Virus record (IMG/VR): IMGVR_UViG_2728369554_000010
Span: 1 to 30,451 of that record
Reading direction: 5' to 3' (one strand)
Length of the DNA stretch: 30,451 bases
DNA from: a virus
Lineage: Duplodnaviria > Heunggongvirae > Uroviricota > Caudoviricetes
Made by a program: the position numbers and the translations under genes. Numbering within the stretch: the first letter of the stretch is position 1; each line of letters starts with the position of its first letter. This document shows positions 1 to 7,313 of the stretch, one piece after another. Under the pieces are notes generated by a model. The model was not told where the DNA came from. It made no database searches and was given only the letters and a program-made list of their open reading frames with translations.

Positions 1-996
1 TTAACGAACCAGCCAGACCAGAATCAGGATAATCGCGACTAACAGTATCCACAGCGCGGGACGCGTTGCCATATTTTGCAACGTGTCCATCATCGGTGGA
101 AAAGGATTAAGCAGCGGTTGCATATCACGCGGCTCAATCCCTTTAACCCGCCGTTGATAAAGCTGGTTAAGAATATCCTCGGCCTGGGCAGAAGAAAGCG
201 ATGATTGCGCAGAAAGGCCATATTTTTGCTGGATATATGCCGATAACGCCGCCAGTTCACTGGCATCTAAAGGTTGTTTTAGCGCCATCTGTAGTGATTC
301 CAGTGTCGGCGTATTTTGCTGGCTTAGCGTCTGACGCGCCTGTAGCCAGGTCACCAGATGGTTAAACAGTTTCGCTGGAATTAACTCGCCATCTTTCACC
401 CCGGAAAGTTCCAGCATCGATTGCCAGATCTGTTTGCTGGGTTCCCCCGTTGCTGCCGCAAGTTTGGTCACCAGCTGTTTGAGCGCATTGTGCTCCGCCG
501 GTAATAAAGGACGGTCGGTCGCCTCGCGCTGCTGTGGTTGCGGAATAACCATCTTCCCTTCCTGCAACAGGGTGAGAATGGTTTTTAATTGCTCCGGTGA
601 GAGCTGATTCAGCGGCGTCTGACCAAAGTTATGACGGATATAATCCGTGACCGCCTGACGATTATTCCCCAGACGTAAATACTCCCCTAATTGCGCTAAA
701 AGCTGGCGGGCAGAATGGCTTTTTTGCGCGGCCAACAGACGTTGCGCCAGATTATGCTCAGCGGCAGGGAAGTGACGCGAAAGCAGCGGTGAATCTCCCG
801 ACAGACCAATATCGTGCCTGATACCCGCCCACAGTTCTGCTCTTTGTTGTTGCGTCAGTGAGGTCACTTTCGTCATTAAGCTTTCCAGCGAAGTACGTTG
901 CTGACTGGATAAAGGCTGATTGCCCGCGCCAGACGGCAGGTTATCTCCCTGACCTGGTGGTTGCCCAGGAGGAGGGCCGGAAATAGGTTGTATCAT
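1..996 (-). CDS. flk: Flk-like flagellar regulator, C-terminal membrane anchor (chromosomal flank)
   Basis: 331-aa ORF; Pro/Gln-rich N-terminus (MIQPISGPPPGQPPGQ) and C-terminal hydrophobic anchor (ALWILLVAIILILVWLV) match my recollection of E. coli Flk; core-genome-like composition. Confidence 0.75.
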   Translation of the reverse strand: MIQPISGPPPGQPPGQGDNLPSGAGNQPLSSQQRTSLESLMTKVTSLTQQQRAELWAGIRHDIGLSGDSPLLSRHFPAAEHNLAQRLLAAQKSHSARQLLAQLGEYLRLGNNRQAVTDYIRHNFGQTPLNQLSPEQLKTILTLLQEGKMVIPQPQQREATDRPLLPAEHNALKQLVTKLAAATGEPSKQIWQSMLELSGVKDGELIPAKLFNHLVTWLQARQTLSQQNTPTLESLQMALKQPLDASELAALSAYIQQKYGLSAQSSLSSAQAEDILNQLYQRRVKGIEPRDMQPLLNPFPPMMDTLQNMATRPALWILLVAIILILVWLVR

Positions 997-1198
997 TACG
1001 TATCCTTATACCTGAAATCTTCGCAAGTATGCCTGGCCGCGAGATTATGGCACACTTGTCTGGTTAACTCTCGTCTCATACAGGTAACACAAACGTGAAA
1101 ATCCTTGTTGATGAAAAAGATGATGAGTTAATTTATTGATATAAAAGGATTTGTATCAACGTATGTCCACGCAGTGACCACATTTTCGAGGTATAGTC

Positions 1199-1230
1199 AA
1201 AGCCCGTAAAATATGCGGGCTTTATAATTC
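1199..1230 (+). terminator. Orphan hairpin (AAAGCCCG-loop-CGGGCTTT) followed by T-rich run
   Basis: Inverted repeat with 8-nt loop then TTATAATTCTT; no plus-strand ORF upstream in the window. Confidence 0.3.
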
Positions 1231-1315
1231 TTGCTTTGCCCTCTTTTCAAACCATAAAATTTGTGTGCCTTTTTAGGGGAGTTAGTTTTATCTTTGATAT
1301 TATGGAGAATTATTC

Positions 1316-2056
1316 ATGCTTCATTGGGTTTGTACAAAATGTCAGTCTAAAAATTCTACGAAGGAATCAGTGTGTCCTGCGTGTGGAACTTCTTTTTGGT
1401 CGACGCAGAAAAAAGAAAGGAGAGGGTGTTTATTGTTGGTTGTAATGTTTTTCGTTGTGTTTTGGGTTATTGGGCAATTATCCGGAAACGAATCCGATTC
1501 ACAGGTAAATAATATTCCATCGAAAGATCATATTAGTGATGAACTTGCTTTATCTGGAGTAGACAAGGCGAAACCGTATTCTTTTGTGCGTTATGATGAC
1601 ATAAGTTATGCGGGACGAAAAAGATTTAAGGTTTTTATAGTGTCGCCTGAGTCTCAAGATTTAGAATCAAGAGCTTCGACAGCAATGGCCGCGGCTATTG
1701 AGTGGCAGAAAGAGAAAAGAGCTGACTTTGTATCTGTGTTGCTTCTACCTACGGAAAATTCTGAAGGTAGTTATCGGTTGGCAATGGTTGATTATTCTCC
1801 GGATGGTTGCGGAACTGGTGCTGTATGTGATAATAAAAAATGGACTATATTGTCTAGTGACGTAATATTAACGAAATCGCAACTTCAATCTATATCCTTG
1901 TGGAATGAGTATAAGAAAAAGTTTGCGGGTAATAATGAGATTTTGGATTTAAAGGAAGAAAAGAAATTGAAGCAGTTTATTAGTAAACAGCTAAATATTC
2001 CTGTTAAGGATGTATTTACTCCAGATATTTTTCCTTTAAAGAAAATCGAAGATTAA
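1316..2056 (+). CDS. Hypothetical zinc-ribbon membrane protein (N-terminal C-x2-C...C-x2-C, one TM helix, about 190-aa C-terminal domain)
   Basis: 246-aa ORF with GGAG 8 nt upstream of ATG; CTKCQ...CPACG motif then hydrophobic LLLVVMFFVVFWVIG; strongly AT-rich relative to flank, suggesting horizontal acquisition. Confidence 0.6.
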   Translation: MLHWVCTKCQSKNSTKESVCPACGTSFWSTQKKERRGCLLLVVMFFVVFWVIGQLSGNESDSQVNNIPSKDHISDELALSGVDKAKPYSFVRYDDISYAGRKRFKVFIVSPESQDLESRASTAMAAAIEWQKEKRADFVSVLLLPTENSEGSYRLAMVDYSPDGCGTGAVCDNKKWTILSSDVILTKSQLQSISLWNEYKKKFAGNNEILDLKEEKKLKQFISKQLNIPVKDVFTPDIFPLKKIED

Positions 2057-2103
2057 CAAAATAAATAGACGAGACTGAATTAGTATTATTGTAATCTTTA
2101 ACT

Positions 2104-2165
2104 GGCACCCTCACTTGTGAGGGTGCCAAAAAGAAAACCCGCAGTTTTTACGCTGCGGGTTTCTG
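2104..2165. terminator. Convergent terminator region with two hairpins between the zinc-ribbon gene and the YafO-like gene
   Basis: GGCACCCTCA-CTTG-TGAGGGTGCC, then A-tract, then CCCGCAG-TTTTTAC-CTGCGGG flanked by T run; reads as terminator on both strands. Confidence 0.5.
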
Positions 2166-2182
2166 GGAGAAAATCGGGCTAT

Positions 2183-2563
2183 TTATGAGTTCTGGAATTC
2201 TTCAGCCCGTCTTTCCAGTTCAGCCATGAAAGAAGTTTTGGCTTTTTCGTGAGCATCTGGGGCCATGATGCTGATGATTTGTATATTGTCATAATCCATC
2301 CAGTGCCTTGTATAAACCAGATAGATATTTGAAGTTCTGTCTATTTGGGCTTTGCTTTTCTTCCATGGTGGTTCTGACGGTAGTCTTATGTGTAATTTAT
2401 ATACAAACGAACCACATAATCTTGCGTTATCTTCCCACTGCCCTTCATTGCCGAATCTGTCAGGGAGAACACCGGTATTTAACCAGTTTTCCAGAGCCTT
2501 TCCGTAAACTTTTGCAATGTCCTGGTATTCAACATCTTTATGAATGCTTACTTTGCTTGCCAT
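2183..2563 (-). CDS. YafO-family toxin-like protein
   Basis: 126 aa; motifs GVLPDRFG, HIRL, YLVYTRH, IISIMAPDAHEKAK, MAELERRAEEF align with my recollection of E. coli YafO (GVLPDIFG, HIHL, HLVYCQG, LIAILKPEPHKLAR, MAEAF); start overlaps the upstream stop. Confidence 0.5.
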   Translation of the reverse strand: MASKVSIHKDVEYQDIAKVYGKALENWLNTGVLPDRFGNEGQWEDNARLCGSFVYKLHIRLPSEPPWKKSKAQIDRTSNIYLVYTRHWMDYDNIQIISIMAPDAHEKAKTSFMAELERRAEEFQNS

Positions 2564-3189
2564 CAGGAAAACTCCGGTGCCGGGAGTCCCATGTTTTTAT
2601 GCTCGGCAATAATCATTGCTTTCACATTTCCGTCAGACAGCGTATTGCCCAGGCTGGTTGTTTTGTCTGGTGCGGTGCTTCGTTTGATGGTGTTGATGGC
2701 ATCACGAGCGATAAACTCTCCCTGCGCAATTGCCCGACCAAAACGAACCAGTTTATTGCGATAGGCGATTCTTTGCTCTAGGCTATCCGGATACATTTTT
2801 GCCAGGTTATCCGGATCCATTACAATTTTGACAGCCTCTTTAACACGGGTGTGCTGCTTAATTGACTCTTCGCATATTTTTATGATTTTTGCGGTTTTGT
2901 CAGTAAACAGTGCTCCCTTGCCTCTGTTCTGTCGTTCTTCAATGACTGCATTGAGCGCGGCGCGCATGTTGTCATTCAGCCCGTTGATATATTCAATAGC
3001 TTCTTCGAGAGGCAGAAACACCTGACCATCATGATGCTCAAATGTAAGCATTGAAACCACTCTGGCGTGTGTCGCGGATTCAATAACTGTTGTTGGTAGT
3101 ATCGTGCTTTTAGCTGGCACCGGAGCCAGTGATGCTGTCAGAGCTGTAGTAATAGCAGCAATGGCAGCAGACTTTGATTTTCGTTTCAT
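2563..3189 (-). CDS. Hypothetical signal-peptide (secreted/periplasmic) protein, translationally coupled to the YafO-like gene
   Basis: ORF 2563-3201; preferred start MKRKSKS at about 3189 with GGAG 6-7 nt upstream; N-terminus has basic n-region, Ala/Thr-rich h-region and PVPA-K cleavage-like site; no resemblance to YafN/Phd antitoxins. Confidence 0.5.
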   Translation of the reverse strand: MKRKSKSAAIAAITTALTASLAPVPAKSTILPTTVIESATHARVVSMLTFEHHDGQVFLPLEEAIEYINGLNDNMRAALNAVIEERQNRGKGALFTDKTAKIIKICEESIKQHTRVKEAVKIVMDPDNLAKMYPDSLEQRIAYRNKLVRFGRAIAQGEFIARDAINTIKRSTAPDKTTSLGNTLSDGNVKAMIIAEHKNMGLPAPEFS

Positions 3190-3261
3190 AATGCACTCCA
3201 CAGGTTGATGTGTTCAGCATATCGCAAATAGCAGCTTGTATAAAGAAACGCCACATCAGCA

Positions 3262-3523
3262 GCGATCGTTTTACGCGCTTTTCTTCTTGTTGCGATCCTT
3301 TTTTTCAGTTTTATTTTGGAGCTTAATTTTGTGCAGGCCGCGCCGTGTCTGCCTTCTTTGTTTGATGGCTGTTTGATGCGATCCTTTCGTGATCGTTTTT
3401 TTGTCTCGCGTAAAGTATGAAAACTCTTTTAATATCATGCGGTTTTATTGCTCCGGCCATTTGTGCGATCGTAAAAACCACTTTGAAAACTGCAAAAAAT
3501 TTCAAAGCGTGAAATTTCAGATC
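3262..3523. promoter_or_regulatory. GATC-rich intergenic region with repeated GCGATC(G/C)TTTT-like motifs
   Basis: Six GATC sites in about 260 bp (near 3264, 3294, 3380, 3391, 3467, 3520), several inside a reiterated GCGATC-T-run motif; lies upstream of the secreted-protein/YafO-like operon. Confidence 0.35.
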
Positions 3524-3628
3524 TTCGCTTTTCCCTCAGTTGCTGCGCGGGCTGGCGGTCATTTTTGCACGGCAGAAAACTGAAAAACTGTTTCGACACG
3601 AAACCCGCGGGTTGGAGGGGGTAGCGCG

Positions 3629-3671
3629 GTTTACGTCACCTCACGCTTTACGTCACACCGTTTACGCGGTG
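3629..3671. repeat. Three direct repeats of TTTACG(T/C) motif (iteron-like) near the prophage boundary
   Basis: GTTTACGTCAC, CTTTACGTCAC, CGTTTACGCGG at 15-17 bp spacing; adjacent GTTTCG-ACA-CGAAAC and AACCCGCGGGTT palindromes at about 3586-3612. Confidence 0.4.
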
Positions 3672-3789
3672 TGCGCATACAGCGCCAGAATGGCACGCAG
3701 AACGCATTAATCAGGTGGCAGATATGAAAACGCACGACCGGAGCCGTGCGTTGCGTGATGGGCGTTTATGGGGGTGGTATGCCCGGTGA

Positions 3790-5487
3790 TCAGGCGATAA
3801 GGTCACCGTATTTTTCGCGCAGGCTCGTAGCCTGTTTGGCGTCTGCGGCAAGTTCGCTGCTGTTTGTTGGTGCGCCGGTGTTGCTGTGGGTGTGGTTTGC
3901 AGTGTGTGTGGCCAGCAACTGAACCAGATCCAGAATATCAATCAACAACGTCAGCAGATTAAGTCCGGATTTTTCCCGTGAGCCACCGCGACCAATAAAT
4001 ACTGTCGGGGCTGTAAACTCCAGACCACCGTCCGCCCGGCATGTTCTGCGGCCTCCCACGTTTTCAGTAAGGTCGCGCTCAATCGTGGATGTCGCCCCTT
4101 TGAGTTTAGTCAGCAAATCCTGCGCTACCATCTGGATATGCTCACCGGCTGCGATCGCATAATGACCAGTAGTAATGTGTTCTGTCTGGCCTGTCATCAG
4201 CTTGCTGGTTCCCAGAACGCTGGTTATGTCGTTTGCCTGTACTGTTGTTGTTCTGGTTGTTGTTGTGCGTTCTTCCTGATCGCTGTTAATGGTTCGTCTG
4301 GCTGAATGCTCCCTGATTTGCTGATCGGTTTCTCTGTGCCAGCTTCCGTCAGTCGTGACGCGCTGAAACACTTCTGCGCGCTGTTGCTGCAGCTGTTCGC
4401 CGGGCTTTACATCAGGCAGGTTATGGCCAGCGGGTAAGATTTGCCTGATAACGGGTTTGTCCGGACGTCCTTCAATGTTGGATATTTCCACGATGGTGCC
4501 TGCCGGTGGGTAGGCAAAACATCCCGCCTCACTGCCAGCCATGGGGACGGGGAGCGGTACTGCCGGGTAAACGGGCGTGTCGCTTTTATCGTTGCCGTTC
4601 TCATCAAGCAACTGCACATCGACGGCGTAGCGTGGGCGGAAACTGTCGGCCACGTCGCCCAGGGTGGTGGGCTCCGTTGGCGCAATGACGCGCGCCAGCC
4701 GGGTATGTAGCGTACCGCTGGCCAGTTCCGGGAACTGTGTTTCCATTTGTCTGCGTAATGGTGATTTGGAAACAGGGTTACCCGTGGCGGTAAGGCGCTC
4801 CCATGTCAGGGTCATTTTCTCGTTGTTGAGGGCTACACGGGTAATGCGCCCGGCCGGTAGGTTCACGCCCGGTCGCACAGTTTCCATAAACATGATGTCG
4901 ATGCTGTTTCCGCCGCTTTGCCCGAGTGTGTACTGTTGCGGAATATCCGGTATTGTAATACTGGCAAATCGTGAATCAGCTGCGCTTCCCACAAATACAG
5001 AACCGTCCGGCATAGGGTGCCAGACGTAATCGCTGATACTGAATGCTCGCCCCAGTTGGCTGAGCAGTTGTGCTCCGCTGCCACTGTGGGTGATGTAGGG
5101 AGTTGGTATACTGGCATAATCCGCATCCGGAGTGATAAAAACGATACCGCTTTGTCGCCCCAGATTATCGAGTACCCCCCGCAACGTCGGGTGTTGCATG
5201 GAGCAAGGGAAATCAAAATCCAGCACAGCAGCCGCTTCACGAATAAAAAGGCGACGTGAGCCATTTTCAGCAGGTTGATCGCGCTCAATGTAGCCGGAGA
5301 AATAGCGCCATGCTTCACCGTCACGGCCGAGATCAATTTGTACCATTGCGCCGGCAAGGCTGTGTTCGGGTGACAGATTGTTAACAGAAATGAAGCCACG
5401 ACCGGCAGCATTCAGGGTAAGAACAAGGCTTATATCGGCAATTTCCACCTGTTCGCCATTAATCATGCAGCGTTGTATCAATTTCAT
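3790..5487 (-). CDS. Phage tail protein, putative baseplate central spike/hub-like (C-terminal HxH apex-like motif)
   Basis: 565 aa; last gene of the late operon, start overlaps upstream stop; C-terminal LLATHTANHTHSNTGAPT resembles the His-rich apex of P2 gpV-type spikes (from memory); function not certain. Confidence 0.4.
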   Translation of the reverse strand: MKLIQRCMINGEQVEIADISLVLTLNAAGRGFISVNNLSPEHSLAGAMVQIDLGRDGEAWRYFSGYIERDQPAENGSRRLFIREAAAVLDFDFPCSMQHPTLRGVLDNLGRQSGIVFITPDADYASIPTPYITHSGSGAQLLSQLGRAFSISDYVWHPMPDGSVFVGSAADSRFASITIPDIPQQYTLGQSGGNSIDIMFMETVRPGVNLPAGRITRVALNNEKMTLTWERLTATGNPVSKSPLRRQMETQFPELASGTLHTRLARVIAPTEPTTLGDVADSFRPRYAVDVQLLDENGNDKSDTPVYPAVPLPVPMAGSEAGCFAYPPAGTIVEISNIEGRPDKPVIRQILPAGHNLPDVKPGEQLQQQRAEVFQRVTTDGSWHRETDQQIREHSARRTINSDQEERTTTTRTTTVQANDITSVLGTSKLMTGQTEHITTGHYAIAAGEHIQMVAQDLLTKLKGATSTIERDLTENVGGRRTCRADGGLEFTAPTVFIGRGGSREKSGLNLLTLLIDILDLVQLLATHTANHTHSNTGAPTNSSELAADAKQATSLREKYGDLIA

Positions 5488-6059
5488 GTTTTCCCTTCCT
5501 CTTTCACGCTCCCGATGCCAACAGCATCCAGACCAGAGCCAACGGCATCATTGATTTTTTTCCAGAACGAACTTTGCGTATTCATGCCTTTGTCTGGTAC
5601 CTGTTCGCTGCCATTCTGGGTCTGCTGTCTGGCGATGGTTTTTTGCGAACCGCTGCGTGCGGATGCTTTCTCTGGCACGCTTAATTTTTCCCTGAGAGTA
5701 AAGGTGATCTGCCAGTGCATTTTTCCCTGTTGTTCCGTGGCATCAATGCCACCAGAAAATACCCCCTGTCGCATATTGATTGCCTTCGCGGTAGCGTTAG
5801 CAATGCGATATGTTTTTTTAGCACCGTTGCTTTCTGTTGCCTCCGCAAGCTGAAAAATACGGGTCAGAATAGCTTCATCGTTAAAATCAATAACCCCCGA
5901 CACGCGCAGCTCTTTAGCCTTGTTTCCCTGCTGGGCGCTCGTGGTGCTGGTTGACTGTCCGGACATATCTTTGTCCGGTAGTTGCATGGTGGCGCTGACG
6001 GTGATGTTACGCAGCAGAATGGCTTCCCCGTCAAGCGCAAGGACAATCATCTGGGTCAT
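5484..6059 (-). CDS. Phage tail-associated protein, function unknown
   Basis: 191-aa ORF whose stop overlaps the spike-like gene start; sits in the tail operon; no motif I can name. Confidence 0.4.
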   Translation of the reverse strand: MTQMIVLALDGEAILLRNITVSATMQLPDKDMSGQSTSTTSAQQGNKAKELRVSGVIDFNDEAILTRIFQLAEATESNGAKKTYRIANATAKAINMRQGVFSGGIDATEQQGKMHWQITFTLREKLSVPEKASARSGSQKTIARQQTQNGSEQVPDKGMNTQSSFWKKINDAVGSGLDAVGIGSVKEEGKT

Positions 6060-6744
6060 GTAGTGCTTCCCTTAGTGATGAGAGATTATCGCCGACGAAC
6101 AGCATCACAGCTGTAAAAACCCACTCGGGGTGTGGGATGTTTTTTTGTATCAGCACTGCAGCCTGGCTAAGGGCTCCCTTGTAGCAAAAGCGCCACACCG
6201 GGCAAACTTTTTGCCGGAGTGCGGCCTGCTGATCAGCGATTTCCTGTAAGGCTTTATCTCTCGCATTCATGAACTGATGCAGCGATGATGACAATGTTTC
6301 CGGTGATGTGGCGGCAGGAGTGGCTGCCTGTGCAATGGTTGCTGCCAGCGACATGCTGCGAGTGGTCTGTGTCGACAGCATTATCGGTTCCGGAAGTGAT
6401 GTTGCCGGTCTGGCGGGGATTTGCATTCTGCTGATGGCCAGTGAAAGTTGACTGGAAATCATGCGGGACATTCGCCCCACCTCTGGCAATGGAAATGCGC
6501 CTGAAAATTGCCTGGCGAGTGATAAAAACTCGCCAGCAGAAGGAGCGCAAAACAACAGCGCCACAATGTCTTTTTCTGTGCTTTCTTTCAGGTAGGGTAA
6601 AAGTGCAGATACAGCATTTTCGGGGCTGAGATAACGCCCCGATGGTTTGATGTTTCCGGTATTTTCTGACCACGGATGAAGACAAACCACAGAACATTTA
6701 ATGTTTATGGCAGACGGACGTAAAATTACCTCTTTCCATTTCAT
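6031..6744 (-). CDS. Phage tail-associated protein, function unknown (Cys-containing motifs)
   Basis: 237-aa ORF; start overlaps the Tfa2 stop (ATGA); contains CSVVC, CPVWRFC and C-terminal DDCPC. Confidence 0.4.
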   Translation of the reverse strand: MKWKEVILRPSAINIKCSVVCLHPWSENTGNIKPSGRYLSPENAVSALLPYLKESTEKDIVALLFCAPSAGEFLSLARQFSGAFPLPEVGRMSRMISSQLSLAISRMQIPARPATSLPEPIMLSTQTTRSMSLAATIAQAATPAATSPETLSSSLHQFMNARDKALQEIADQQAALRQKVCPVWRFCYKGALSQAAVLIQKNIPHPEWVFTAVMLFVGDNLSSLREALHDPDDCPCA

Positions 6745-7313
6745 TCTGCTTTGCCCACCTGAAATGCCCTAATTGCAGCAATGTTATTCAGTGTGGCCAG
6801 CGTGTTTTTCATCTCACGCTGGCGCAGGTAAATCTCATCGTTGCGTGCAGCCTGAGCCTGCACCATTGCCGTAAGTAGTTCTTCCAGCTTTTGTTGTGAC
6901 AATTTAATTTGTTGGTTATTTGCATCACTCCATACTGTGGCATTGTGTGCCACACCAGATTTTGCTGCCATCACTGCCGGGAATAAGCGTTCCAGTGAGG
7001 ATTTTCCTCCATTCCATGTGCTGCTGTTCCATTCGAATGTGAACGGCTGCGCCTCCTGTTCTGTTCGCCAGCGCCTGATTTCCTCTTTTTTCAGTTCTTT
7101 TTCTTTGTCCAGCATCTCTGCTGTTACAGTGAAGGGGATGATTTCACCAAACTCACCGCTCATCAGTGTTCCCCATACCCGCTGGCCTGATGCAGCTGAA
7201 TCATTTTCCACTGCACGATAAGGAATATAATCAGCCCGCCCTTCAAACAACACTTCACAGGAAACAGACCCGTCTTCCAGGTATTTCATCGCCTTTATGT
7301 CGATTATTTTCAT
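6741..7313 (-). CDS. Tail fibre assembly chaperone (Tfa), second copy
   Basis: ORF 6741-7343; preferred start MKIIDIK at about 7313 overlapping the fibre-2 stop (TAATG); size about 190 aa and position immediately downstream of a tail fibre gene. Confidence 0.6.
   Translation of the reverse strand: MKIIDIKAMKYLEDGSVSCEVLFEGRADYIPYRAVENDSAASGQRVWGTLMSGEFGEIIPFTVTAEMLDKEKELKKEEIRRWRTEQEAQPFTFEWNSSTWNGGKSSLERLFPAVMAAKSGVAHNATVWSDANNQQIKLSQQKLEELLTAMVQAQAARNDEIYLRQREMKNTLATLNNIAAIRAFQVGKAE

Noticed and set aside
2563-3201. Possibility that the antitoxin is a short internal ORF at the 3' end of the 212-aa ORF
   Set aside because: The frame is continuous from the SD-supported start at about 3189 with no internal SD/ATG context better than the upstream start; kept as an open alternative but not called.
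3323-3583. Two small ORFs (60 and 64 aa) in the junction intergenic region
   Set aside because: No SD, overlap each other on opposite strands, and coincide with the repeat/GATC-rich region; more likely regulatory DNA than coding.
4407-5411. Several 60-180-aa ORFs in alternate frames or antisense inside the 565-aa spike-like gene
   Set aside because: Fully nested within a long, well-supported ORF in GC-rich phage DNA, with no independent SD or coupling signals; typical spurious frames.
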